Virus record (IMG/VR): IMGVR_UViG_3300037246_000774
Coordinates: 1-33,379 of that record
From: a virus
Lineage: Duplodnaviria > Caudoviricetes
Direction: 5' to 3' (one strand)
Length of the DNA stretch: 33,379 bases
Positions 7,494 to 17,405 of the stretch are shown here, piece after piece (positions within the stretch are counted from its first letter, which is position 1; every line of letters starts with the position of its first letter). Under the pieces are notes generated by a model, which searched no databases, was not told the origin of the DNA, and saw nothing but the letters and a program-made list of their open reading frames with translations. The position numbers were made by a program, and so were the translations under genes.

Positions 7494-7544
7494 CGTGGGA
7501 AAGGGGGAAGGGTAGTGGATAAGGCCACCCCTCCCTATGGAAGA

Positions 7545-7802
7545 TTATTTAACGCCTAGTTTTTTACCTATGGCTTTTGGCGCAGAGTATGTACCCATAG
7601 CAATAGCGCCGGCTGCGAGTCCTTCAAGCACTAAGTTAAGTAATTCTGGTGTGCCTCCAGCAGTATAAGCGGCTACACAACCCGTTACCAATGCAACAAT
7701 AGGATTAACAATAGCCCTCTGTTTACTTGGTATAAATCTTTTAATCGCTTCTACTACCGTTAATATCATTGGTACTAATTTCAATATTGCCATTATTTCC
7801 AT
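7545..7802 (-). CDS. Putative holin
   Basis: 85 aa, about 3 hydrophobic segments, basic C-terminus, in lysis cassette. Confidence 0.65.
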   Translation of the reverse strand: MEIMAILKLVPMILTVVEAIKRFIPSKQRAIVNPIVALVTGCVAAYTAGGTPELLNLVLEGLAAGAIAMGTYSAPKAIGKKLGVK

Positions 7803-7813
7803 ACTATTCTCCT

Positions 7814-8044
7814 TTATTCAGTTATTTTTTCTTTATCTATATTTACAAACATCATTGTTATTAATTGCTCAATCAAACTCGGCCTTCCTCTATTGTCAAC
7901 AACAACTTTCTCGCCATCTATAGTGATAATTGCATCACGCTTACTAATGACAACAAAGCTCTGTCCTTGCCAATCGGTGATCTCAGTCTTTAAACTGCAA
8001 CCCGATACGAATAGGGCTATGAAGATGAGTATATACTTAGGCAT
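7814..8044 (-). CDS. Small lipoprotein, possible spanin component
   Basis: Hydrophobic signal with lipobox VSG-C; next to endolysin. Confidence 0.6.
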   Translation of the reverse strand: MPKYILIFIALFVSGCSLKTEITDWQGQSFVVISKRDAIITIDGEKVVVDNRGRPSLIEQLITMMFVNIDKEKITE

Positions 8045-8062
8045 CTTTCCTGTTTACATCAA

Positions 8063-8428
8063 TTAATATACCCATATCACATTCTGAGACTTGTCCGAGT
8101 CAACATCAATATGGATAAAGTCAGAGCCTATGCCCACCCTGGCGAATCTGCTTATCAAGAGTGGCAACAGGAGGCTCCTATATGCCGAGTCATCGCACTT
8201 TATGTCTACGGCCAACCCCTTCATGTGGGATGAAGACTTGGATGCCCTAGGGATCGATTTGTTGTGGCTTTCACACCGGCAACCTGAATTGATCGACATA
8301 GGCTGTCCTGTCATGCTTCTCACCTTCTGAAGCTCCACCACTAAGCCTTTATTTATGCTGTCAAATCCGCATCCACATTTACAAGAAAATTCATGCTCTG
8401 AAAAGTTTTTCGTTATATCTCCCATCAT
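8063..8428 (-). CDS. Endolysin, peptidase M15A family
   Basis: NFS..EFSCKCGCG, INSGCRC..HN, SSHMKGLAVDI, FIHID. Confidence 0.9.
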   Translation of the reverse strand: MMGDITKNFSEHEFSCKCGCGFDSINKGLVVELQKVRSMTGQPMSINSGCRCESHNKSIPRASKSSSHMKGLAVDIKCDDSAYRSLLLPLLISRFARVGIGSDFIHIDVDSDKSQNVIWVY

Positions 8429-8745
8429 GGCCCCCAATGTACGTTTTCTTTTAGAAACAACCATATCTCTCTGATAATAAGCCCCGCGACTGTTATTTTC
8501 AAAGCGCCCTTTGTTTTCGCTAATCGCAATTTACTTTTTATCATACTTTTTAAAGCATGGATATCATCTTTTGAAAGATCGTGACAAGGGGAACGATGTT
8601 TAATGAGTTCAGCCGTAAACTTTTCCAACAATTGGTCATTGGACAACCCCATAGTTTTTGGTGATTGCTCAAATGTTTCATGTCGGTCTGACTTTAGTTT
8701 TTCAACTACTCTTTCAACTACCTTTTCCAACAATTTCTCTTCCAC
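8425..8745 (-). CDS. Hypothetical lysis-region protein with C-terminal hydrophobic segment
   Basis: GTG start with SD AAGGGG; coupled to endolysin. Confidence 0.55.
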   Translation of the reverse strand: MEEKLLEKVVERVVEKLKSDRHETFEQSPKTMGLSNDQLLEKFTAELIKHRSPCHDLSKDDIHALKSMIKSKLRLAKTKGALKITVAGLIIREIWLFLKENVHWGP

Positions 8746-8781
8746 GGTATCCCCTTAATCTCTGCCACTTAAATCATAATA

Positions 8782-10956
8782 CTAATTTGTGCTACCGTTT
8801 AATTGCTTCCACTTGCCCCCGCCTTCTTGCTGGTCATAATAAAGCATTAACTGGTCATTTATATCTAGAGTGATAGTCCCTGAAGTTTGTATTGCTGTAT
8901 ATCCTGCTGGCGGGGCAGGTGTAGATGTATTGTCATTTATAGTTATAGTAGTACTATAAGCTTTGAAAATCAATAATCTCCCTGGCTCGTTCGGTCTTTC
9001 AATGAAATCTAATTCATCAGATGTACCCCCACCAGAATTTATCCTCATAATAGTGCCTGAAACCATGTCTAGGCTACTTGTACTGCTTATGCTGGCAAAT
9101 GTAGTGTTTGAAACAGGAGCGCCAAAGCCAAATGCTTGATTCACTGTAACAGCATAATTAGATATCCAATGAGTTCTATCATCGTTATCTATATAACCGT
9201 AATTATTTACACCTGCATTGCTGATATAGTTAGTTGTTGTAAAGTCAATACCAGGATCAGAATCTACTTCAAAACTATTTAAGCCGATTTTAGTCCTTTC
9301 GCTCGCAGCACCAAGTCGAATGAGATTCCCCGGTTTATCAACCAATTGATCCCTAAATTCATTATATTCAATAACACAACCAACACATGCTGACATCTCT
9401 ACACAGTTATTAGTCGCAGTCCTTAGACTTTTAAAACTATTCCCCCTGACAATCACATTTCTTGGTCGATCTGTAGAACCTGCGCCACTTCCCCCATCGA
9501 CTAGGATGTCTTTATCATTATCTTCAAAATAAATACCATCAATAGTTATAGAAGTATTTTCAGCGTCGGCAGCGCTAAAAATGTTTACTCCAGTCCCGTT
9601 GCCGTGTATATCCCCGCCATATATGCCTACGATGTTATTGAACCCGCCGATATATACTCCTGCTCCCGTATTGAGTCTAATGGAGTTACCATACAACCAT
9701 ATCTGTTCGGCATTATTTGTAGCCACTAATCCTCGATTGTTCCGAGACAATCTGCAATCTTTTAGTGTTATCATGTTGGCTACATTATTAATTTCTATGG
9801 CATCTCCACCCATATGATCTATCCAAACATTGCTGAAATATATTTGTTTGCCCGCTCTGTTTAAATTAATACCATCACCCGTAAGCGAAGGCCAGGACCC
9901 GCCATCTTCCTCCCCTCTAATTTTTAAATCTTTAAAGGAAACAGACCTCATTCCATCGCCGCCCGTTCCCACTATAGTGAATCCATTTGTTCCTGAACCT
10001 GTTACCAGTATTACACTTGCATGGTTGCCAACACCTCTGAAATTAACGCCCCAATTACCAGCCGCAGACGTTAATGTTAGAGCTGAAGTTATTTTATAAA
10101 CTCCTTTGGGGAATAAGACAGTACCACCAACGCCCTCATGTGCATCTCCGTGGTCAAGGTCGGCAGTTTCGGAATAATCATAAGTTTGTATAAAAGACAC
10201 CAATGAATCTATTGCCGCCTGTATAGCGACTGTATCATCCGTTATACCATCACCTATTGCACCAAAAGCCCTGACATCTGCTACCGGGCCTTTAGTTATG
10301 ATATCTAAAGTCTTATGTGTCTGCGTATAGTCATTCTGTAGAGATAAGTCAGTTCCAACCAGTTGCAATCCTTCGCCAATAGTAGTTACTGAAGTTGAAA
10401 ATAAATCTGCCGCTGAGACTTCCTCTAAGGCTGTTGCTGTTGCATTCCATCGAAACAACTTAAACGCCGAGGGCGCTGGAACTTCCGGCGATACTCCCTC
10501 AGTTGCCCTTGGTAATTTAAGACTTCTATCACCCACCTCATTTAATTGCTGGTCTATAATGCGGCTCTTATCGGGCGGTGCTTCTAAGGATGCCGCCGAT
10601 ATTCTTTGCCAATCGACAAAATTAGTGCTTTGAGTAATGTCTATGTCTCGTAGTATGGTTAGAGTGGATCCACTTCCACACACTGAGCCCGCAGTAAGCG
10701 TAACATCACCCCCAGCATCATCACCCGAGCCACTTACGGTATACTGTGAATTTAAAATTAGCGTTGTTTCATTCCCAGATGAATCAGCTTTCAGCACATC
10801 CAAATCGTCATCTTCGTAGACCTTGAAAGGATAAGTAAATACTGTTGTTGATCCGTTGCAACTATATTGTATTCGTGAAGTCGTTATGTTTACCGTAGCC
10901 CCTGCAATGCTTACTCCTACAAATACAAATATCAGTGCTAATAGTAATCTTTTCAT
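8782..10956 (-). CDS. Tailspike/tail fibre: signal peptide, T7 gp17-like anchor, pectate-lyase-like beta-helix, C-terminal domain
   Basis: YSCNGSTTVFTYPF anchor motif; DVRAFGAIGDGITDDTVAIQAAID and LFPKGVY; N/G/I-rich beta-helix rungs. Confidence 0.88.
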   Translation of the reverse strand: MKRLLLALIFVFVGVSIAGATVNITTSRIQYSCNGSTTVFTYPFKVYEDDDLDVLKADSSGNETTLILNSQYTVSGSGDDAGGDVTLTAGSVCGSGSTLTILRDIDITQSTNFVDWQRISAASLEAPPDKSRIIDQQLNEVGDRSLKLPRATEGVSPEVPAPSAFKLFRWNATATALEEVSAADLFSTSVTTIGEGLQLVGTDLSLQNDYTQTHKTLDIITKGPVADVRAFGAIGDGITDDTVAIQAAIDSLVSFIQTYDYSETADLDHGDAHEGVGGTVLFPKGVYKITSALTLTSAAGNWGVNFRGVGNHASVILVTGSGTNGFTIVGTGGDGMRSVSFKDLKIRGEEDGGSWPSLTGDGINLNRAGKQIYFSNVWIDHMGGDAIEINNVANMITLKDCRLSRNNRGLVATNNAEQIWLYGNSIRLNTGAGVYIGGFNNIVGIYGGDIHGNGTGVNIFSAADAENTSITIDGIYFEDNDKDILVDGGSGAGSTDRPRNVIVRGNSFKSLRTATNNCVEMSACVGCVIEYNEFRDQLVDKPGNLIRLGAASERTKIGLNSFEVDSDPGIDFTTTNYISNAGVNNYGYIDNDDRTHWISNYAVTVNQAFGFGAPVSNTTFASISSTSSLDMVSGTIMRINSGGGTSDELDFIERPNEPGRLLIFKAYSTTITINDNTSTPAPPAGYTAIQTSGTITLDINDQLMLYYDQQEGGGKWKQLNGSTN

Positions 10957-13900
10957 CTTCGCTTCTCCTTTTTAGATTGAAATTGTTTTATAGCCCTTGG
11001 AGTGAGTTGTCTTTTAAAACCCTCCACTCCTTTTAACCCCGGTCTTGTTTTATACTCTTCTAAAAATAAACTCATTTTTATATTCTTTGCGAACTCTTGT
11101 AGAAATGATGATAGCCTTGGATCTCCAAAAAACAATGTAGGATCTACCGCTTGGATTAAAGTAAAGGTTTCCCTTTTAACTTTATTTAATAGTTGCCCTA
11201 CGAAAGAGTCATCCTCCTCATCAGCCCCTACCATCGCCCAGACTATATATGCTGTCAACGTCAGGCCCACAAGCCGATATGTTTCTATGGCCTCTCTTTG
11301 CGTAAGGGCTTCTCCTATTGGCCTGTTTTTTAAATTCTTTGCAGTATCTATGAGATTTTTTAAGTTAGTTCTTAGAACTGGTATAGCCCATGTTTTATAT
11401 TGTGTTAGCGTGCCACCTACAGAAGTAGAACCTACAAGAGACTTTGTTCCTGGTACTACCCTGAAACGACCCATATCCAACAATACTTCTGTCATTCTTT
11501 CAGAGGTTATTTCACCACTATTATATTCTGCATCAGTAATACTCCCTAGTATAAACTGCTTGTTTGCTAACCTCGAAGCCTCATTAAACAAAGCAAAAGC
11601 CGATGTCATAGTTCTGTCTACAATATCCTCCCCCGGTACAAATATCCCCTCCCATGAGCTTCTACCAATAACGGCAGCGTACTTTTTCAGTATGGCCTTG
11701 CCTTTTTTAGTGCCTATCCTTGTATTCCCTTTAGCAAACTTCCTTGCCCCTAACATTTGATAATTAGTAATTTGCTCACCACCTGTAGCAGCCAATCCGC
11801 TAAATATATTCCACCCCAAATCAAGGAAGCTAGTAACTGTCTTGCCAGCTCGTAATGAAACATCTACTACGCCACCTTGCTTATCTATTACAGCAGCCGT
11901 TATCCTTCGACCTTTTTTATTGTTAATATAATCATGCACAAAATTCTTTATGGACTTATCAAACTCTAAGCCCTTGGGAGTATAAATTTGTGGAGTAATA
12001 GATTGAGCATATATATCCATTACAGGCATAATTTCATTAAGCGAAACCATTTTCTCAAAGGTCTTGACATAATGTAAGAACACATTTATTACATTTTCAG
12101 AAGGCTCTATAACCCCCGTCCTTCTCATTTCATATTGAAAGAATTTATCCAAGGGTAAAATGTGCTGATCGGTTCCAATATTGAAAGTCGCGTAATCTTC
12201 CTGCATAGAAGTAAACATCGAACTAACCGCCTTGCTCAATCCTTCTTCTTTTATATTCTCCAGCATACCACGCCTTACATGGGTGATATAATCCGCCCTT
12301 CCCTGCTCAAGACCCTTAACCTGTATTAAATATTTCAAAGCATTTGCAAAATACTCTTGCATATAGTGGGCTAAGTCTATTTGTTCTTTAGTCATGTTAG
12401 CCATGACAGCTTCTTTTTCATCGCCGGGCGTTTCAAGATACTCAAATATTAATTTATCCTGTGGTATTATCTTCTCTAAGAAAGTCCTTGCCCTTGATTT
12501 TTCAGACTTTTTGGCCAATTTATGCACCTTAGTCTCAATATCAAAAGACCTGATATTAGCTTCTAGCAGCTTTTCATTAACACCCCTGACCAAGAGATTT
12601 AAGAAAGGATCTGACTCGGCAAGTGCCGTATCCCATTTAAATTTAGTCCATTCTGTAATACTTATCTGTGATAGTTCCTCTATAGATAAGTCCGTTTTCT
12701 CCGACAAGATAGCCTTGGCCTCTTCGTAAGTCCTTGCACCCTCTAGCTCTGTACGGTCTATTAACTGTAATTGCCGGACGGTTAAGAACGAAGACCCGTC
12801 TGCAAACGGATCTAGTGCTATAGCAAATTCCCTTGCTTGCTCTGTTGTCATTTTTGTTATAGTAGGAAAGCCTAAGACCTTCCTATAATTATCAACATTT
12901 GACAAGTCCTTTTCATATATCTGGTGAATTAGCATAGCTTTTTGTAGTTTATTTTCAGACAGTTCCACCGCCCTCACTCTTAAATCATCAATGAATTTCT
13001 TAAATTCCCACTGATCCATAAATAATGGATTCTTCGTAGTAAGCTTTTTCATGTCGGCATCAGTAAGATTGAGATAATCTCTGACAACCCTCACCTTGCG
13101 GGAGCGGGCCATAATATTCTTGAGTTTCTGCGTCTCCTTTTGCGCTACCGCTTCCTTGCCAGCCCTAAACGCTTCTCTCGCTACCCGGGCAGTACGCACA
13201 AACTCATCCCTGAGCTCAAGGAGTTCCTTGTCTTTTACTTGGCCTGTTATTTTGCGCACACGGGTCTTGACGGGAACCTTGGGTGCAGGCTGATCAAATA
13301 CCTCAACACCTTCTATGCCGATATCTTCAAGCCCTGCCTCTTCCCCCACCTGCTCTCCCGGAACTCCCCTGCTCTCTCCTATCGCTCTATTTGATTTTGT
13401 TTCTGGGTTTAAAAATACTACAGGGTCAAATATAAATACTTTATCGTCTTGCACCGCAATATTTTTAGCATGTATGTCCTGAACAACAATATCACCCTTG
13501 AGCCATTGCCTGTTGTTCTTAGGGTTCTTCGTGTATCCAAGTTCCTCTAAGTATTCACCGGCCATTTTCTCTTTGGCCACATCAGTTATACCAGCATCAT
13601 CCACACGATTTTGCTGAGAGAATACCGGCATGAATTCACCGCGAACTGTGGCAAAGCCTTGGAATGTATATGGTGTATCGGGGAATTGATTGTTGTGTAG
13701 CATGACCCTATCGAAAAGGTCATTGTAGGTAGGTGTGTACTCTAGCCTGTTTGCCTTAACCCAGACATCTTTTGATTTACTGTAGAAGACATAATTCTCT
13801 TGACCGCCAGCCAAATTCTTTTTTCCGGTGGCGGCTTCTTCTACGCTTTTAATAATTAAGTTGTTTTTTTCAGCCCACGGCTTTAATGCTTTTGCTTCTG

Positions 13901-16900
13901 CCTTCCTTACACCGGCAAGTTCAGATCGTCTACCAATAATGTTTCTATTGACATCGATGGGTCCTGCATCAGCCTCTGATACTGACTCAAGACTTCCTCT
14001 GGCGATTGCTTGGGCATCTTTAATGCGGCCTGTGAGTTCTTTGCTGCTAATTTCTCCTGGGAGTCTGTCATGTATGTAAAGCTCATTGTCAATCCTCCTT
14101 TTTGTCTCTTCTGTATTATATATATCATCCTTTTGTGAGACTTGCAAATCTTTTTCTCGCTGGTCTATTAATTCGGGTGAGGCGGCTTGTTCAAGTACTT
14201 CCTCTATCTTGGGTTGTACCGCCCAATAACCAAACTCATTAATTGAATCTCCATTGGTAAAAAGCGTTTTTGCTTTTACTGACTTTGATATTATTTTATA
14301 CTCACCGTTTAATGCACTCTCACCATGTTCTTTTGCATATGCCCTACTTAATGTTACCCAGTCACCATTATTTATTTTCTTAATAACAGCTGTCGGGTCA
14401 TTTTCCATTTCTTGCAAATCAGCACGGGTATCCCAAGCACTATCATACCAAGCACTTCCATCTGATATTCCTTCAGGAAGTTTTCTACGCCTTTGATACG
14501 CATTCATTTGTTTTTCAAGTTTAGCTAACAATTCTGTAGGTGTCTTTACATGAGGAACAGCACGGTACATTTTAACACTAGCATTTGGCTTGCCTTTCGT
14601 AGATTGAATCACAGACATGCTTTCCCTATCTGCCCTATCTGAGCCAGTACCATAATATCTAAGACCGTTGGCGCTGTATATATCATCAGGATAAATAGTG
14701 CCTTCCCCTGTCATATCATGTAATGGCGCGCCATCCTCTGCGCTAGGAGGCCTATGATCTAAACCATATATTATTTCTGATTGTTCTAAGGTCGCTTCTC
14801 TTCCTGCAACTTCAGGCAATACACCTTCGCGCTCCGCAACCTCAACCCCCTCATCCGCCAACAATCTATCAAATACATCCCTTACATCATCGGTAAGTTC
14901 AACATTCAATTGTCTCAAATTTTGGTAGACTTCCATCAGCCATTGTTTGAAGTTCTCAAAGGCTTCGGCCAAGGCGGGAGATGGGGCCTTGCCTTCCCTT
15001 AGATATGCCTCGAATCCACGGGCAAATTGTTCTTGCTGTTCCCGGGATACAGTTTCGGCCCCTTCCGGCACACCAAGCCATCCCCGTAAAGTTTCAAAAT
15101 CGGCCTTTAGACTCTCAGATGCAGTATCAAGCGTTGACAAATCGGCAAGCATGCGGAAGTATAGATGCCCGAGTTCGTGAACAAAGGTAGAGGCATCAGC
15201 GCCTTTGAGTAATTCAATGGTAATACCATCGGGCGTTATGCGTATACGACCACGAGGGGCTTCACCGGGCGCTGTTGGTTCTTGGGGGGCTTCTTGTGCA
15301 AGTATTTGTGCCGACTCTACGAACTCAGGGTCAAATGCTGCATTAACTGAACGAATCTGTGATGGGTCAATAATTATGGCTTGAATCTCGCGATCACCTT
15401 CAACTAGCTCCGGCTCCTTTAGGTACACTTTTACAATACGAGACTTCTCATCAAGGGCGTCCTCTCCCTCATTTAATGCGTACTCTTCGGCAGTTCTTTT
15501 GTTTTTTGTAAAATATATACCCACCCTGTTGCCAGGTGCGCCACGAGGTTTACTTGCTTCAAACTCAGAAAACTCTCGCCTAGTGCCGTGATACCACACT
15601 TGTTCAATATCAAATCCCATTTCTTCAGCACGAGATAAACGTGCCTGTTGAGACATGTCAAGGCCTTTCTCGACAGCACGATTCCATTCAACAGCCTCGG
15701 TTCCCACCTCACCCTCAAATCCCTGAGTCTGTGCCTGCTCCAATACTTCTTCTTCTGCAACAGGCTCCACCCCTTCCCGTGTAACCTCCGGCAAATACCT
15801 TTCCATTAAAACTTCAACAGGTACGCCCGCTTGTTTAGCAAGGGATTGAAAGCCGCCCATCAGAGCAGCGTTGCTTGTGGCTTCCTCTTCGGACATTCCC
15901 GTATCTAAAAGGCGTTGTTTAATCTCGGCAACCGGGGCAGACACGGGGAACTCTTCAGTGATTCTACCGCTGACTCCCTCGGTAATATCGGCCAGTTCTT
16001 CTTCGGTTATTTCACCGGCAAAAAACCGCTCGATGGCTTCTTCTTCGGTAGGTATAGGTTCAACAATTTCCTCCACGGGGGCGGCTACATCAAGCGAACC
16101 CTCAGACCTTTCCTTTAGGTCATCAATTACACTTTCAATATGTTCTTTGCCTTCGGGCGTTTCGGCAATGGCATCGAAGGCCCTTAAATTGGATACATCT
16201 TCTTCCAAGCCCTCCGAAATAGCTTCAGACTTAGCATTATCGAAAACGGCTCTTACTTCTTCAGGCATTTCTTTTTCTACTTCTTTCGTTAAGCTCGACC
16301 AGACACTGCCGGCGCCACCCATGCCGAGGCCAAATATACCACCTATAGTACTAGCTTCATTAAGTCTGGGATTGTCAAGATCAAAGAAATTTCCCTCTTC
16401 TTCCAGGGCTTGCAATTGTAGATATTCCTGATAGCGTTCTTCCCCTGCTTCAGACACAGCAACAGCACTAAGCTTGCCGGTTCCCGCCGCCATCCTTTTC
16501 ATAATAGACGACTTTAAACCAGCCCCATATCTCAAGGGTGTAAAGGCAGTTGCAAACTGTGCTGCATCTAAACCCACCAACATCATATTGCCTTTAAATA
16601 CCTCTGCAGCCGCTTTCTCAGCTTCGGCCTCACTCATACCTTTAGCAAGAGCTTCTTCCTTGGCACTTGCCGCTTCAAAAGCCGACTCTAAAGGCCGCGA
16701 CATAGCAGCGCCGCCCAAGGAGGCCATGATAGTAGTACCAAAAGCCCCAAAACCCCCCCCCCCCGCCCCCCCCCCCCCCGCATATGCACCGACAATAGCC
16801 GTTGGTATCAATGATAATGTAAAGGGAATGCTCCTTGTAACACTTGTTGCCCACCATTCAGGATCTATAACTTTGCGATATGTAAAATCGCTTGTATCTG

Positions 16901-17405
16901 TTGGGGGGATATAGGCAAGCCTTAACCTTTCCCCGTAGTTTTTATACACATCAGCGGACTCACCTTCAAAGCCAGCCAACTCCATAACGCCCCCCATCCC
17001 AGCATAAACATCACCCATACCAGCTTTAATAGACCCAGCGGCCTTGTCCCATAGAGACGTTTCCCCTAAATTCTCTTTAAACTTATCGCGTGAACTGTAT
17101 GCCGCTTTAGGTGAAATATCGTATGCTGCCGCCAAACTCAGCGAATCTTTTACATCATTATCCCTATGGGCTATTCCAGCTGGAAGTGTTGCAGCTGCAG
17201 CATCAAAGGAAGGTAGTCGCATTGATTCAGTCGTGGCCTTCTCGGGCGCTTTGTCTGGGAGTCCGCTAAAGTCTATGGGCTTGGCTTCATCGACTACCAC
17301 AGGGGCAACGGCAGGCTCCACAACAGGAGTTTCAGCAGGGACATCTATCAATCCCTGTGGAACTTCTGCTCTATCTGGCAATCCGCTAAAATCAATCTCC
17401 GGCAT
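10953..17405 (-). CDS. Large internal virion (ejection) protein, polyvalent: ART-like, HExxH peptidase, second ART-like, kinase-like
   Basis: gp16 position; N-terminal hydrophobic Gly/Ala helices; WYHGT..GIYFT..A..YA; FVHELGH; MYRAVP..GDWVT..YAKEHG..EFGY; GGQENY..VWVK..DIHAKN..FDP. Confidence 0.85.
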   Translation of the reverse strand: MPEIDFSGLPDRAEVPQGLIDVPAETPVVEPAVAPVVVDEAKPIDFSGLPDKAPEKATTESMRLPSFDAAAATLPAGIAHRDNDVKDSLSLAAAYDISPKAAYSSRDKFKENLGETSLWDKAAGSIKAGMGDVYAGMGGVMELAGFEGESADVYKNYGERLRLAYIPPTDTSDFTYRKVIDPEWWATSVTRSIPFTLSLIPTAIVGAYAGGGGAGGGGFGAFGTTIMASLGGAAMSRPLESAFEAASAKEEALAKGMSEAEAEKAAAEVFKGNMMLVGLDAAQFATAFTPLRYGAGLKSSIMKRMAAGTGKLSAVAVSEAGEERYQEYLQLQALEEEGNFFDLDNPRLNEASTIGGIFGLGMGGAGSVWSSLTKEVEKEMPEEVRAVFDNAKSEAISEGLEEDVSNLRAFDAIAETPEGKEHIESVIDDLKERSEGSLDVAAPVEEIVEPIPTEEEAIERFFAGEITEEELADITEGVSGRITEEFPVSAPVAEIKQRLLDTGMSEEEATSNAALMGGFQSLAKQAGVPVEVLMERYLPEVTREGVEPVAEEEVLEQAQTQGFEGEVGTEAVEWNRAVEKGLDMSQQARLSRAEEMGFDIEQVWYHGTRREFSEFEASKPRGAPGNRVGIYFTKNKRTAEEYALNEGEDALDEKSRIVKVYLKEPELVEGDREIQAIIIDPSQIRSVNAAFDPEFVESAQILAQEAPQEPTAPGEAPRGRIRITPDGITIELLKGADASTFVHELGHLYFRMLADLSTLDTASESLKADFETLRGWLGVPEGAETVSREQQEQFARGFEAYLREGKAPSPALAEAFENFKQWLMEVYQNLRQLNVELTDDVRDVFDRLLADEGVEVAEREGVLPEVAGREATLEQSEIIYGLDHRPPSAEDGAPLHDMTGEGTIYPDDIYSANGLRYYGTGSDRADRESMSVIQSTKGKPNASVKMYRAVPHVKTPTELLAKLEKQMNAYQRRRKLPEGISDGSAWYDSAWDTRADLQEMENDPTAVIKKINNGDWVTLSRAYAKEHGESALNGEYKIISKSVKAKTLFTNGDSINEFGYWAVQPKIEEVLEQAASPELIDQREKDLQVSQKDDIYNTEETKRRIDNELYIHDRLPGEISSKELTGRIKDAQAIARGSLESVSEADAGPIDVNRNIIGRRSELAGVRKAEAKALKPWAEKNNLIIKSVEEAATGKKNLAGGQENYVFYSKSKDVWVKANRLEYTPTYNDLFDRVMLHNNQFPDTPYTFQGFATVRGEFMPVFSQQNRVDDAGITDVAKEKMAGEYLEELGYTKNPKNNRQWLKGDIVVQDIHAKNIAVQDDKVFIFDPVVFLNPETKSNRAIGESRGVPGEQVGEEAGLEDIGIEGVEVFDQPAPKVPVKTRVRKITGQVKDKELLELRDEFVRTARVAREAFRAGKEAVAQKETQKLKNIMARSRKVRVVRDYLNLTDADMKKLTTKNPLFMDQWEFKKFIDDLRVRAVELSENKLQKAMLIHQIYEKDLSNVDNYRKVLGFPTITKMTTEQAREFAIALDPFADGSSFLTVRQLQLIDRTELEGARTYEEAKAILSEKTDLSIEELSQISITEWTKFKWDTALAESDPFLNLLVRGVNEKLLEANIRSFDIETKVHKLAKKSEKSRARTFLEKIIPQDKLIFEYLETPGDEKEAVMANMTKEQIDLAHYMQEYFANALKYLIQVKGLEQGRADYITHVRRGMLENIKEEGLSKAVSSMFTSMQEDYATFNIGTDQHILPLDKFFQYEMRRTGVIEPSENVINVFLHYVKTFEKMVSLNEIMPVMDIYAQSITPQIYTPKGLEFDKSIKNFVHDYINNKKGRRITAAVIDKQGGVVDVSLRAGKTVTSFLDLGWNIFSGLAATGGEQITNYQMLGARKFAKGNTRIGTKKGKAILKKYAAVIGRSSWEGIFVPGEDIVDRTMTSAFALFNEASRLANKQFILGSITDAEYNSGEITSERMTEVLLDMGRFRVVPGTKSLVGSTSVGGTLTQYKTWAIPVLRTNLKNLIDTAKNLKNRPIGEALTQREAIETYRLVGLTLTAYIVWAMVGADEEDDSFVGQLLNKVKRETFTLIQAVDPTLFFGDPRLSSFLQEFAKNIKMSLFLEEYKTRPGLKGVEGFKRQLTPRAIKQFQSKKEKRR
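16753..16779. repeat. Homopolymer tract C12-G-C14
   Basis: Read directly; in frame within the 2150-aa gene. Confidence 0.9.

Noticed and set aside
8782-9200. Diversity-generating retroelement as in BPP-1
   Set aside because: No reverse transcriptase, Avd or TR/VR repeat pair seen; tailspike is beta-helix, not C-type lectin
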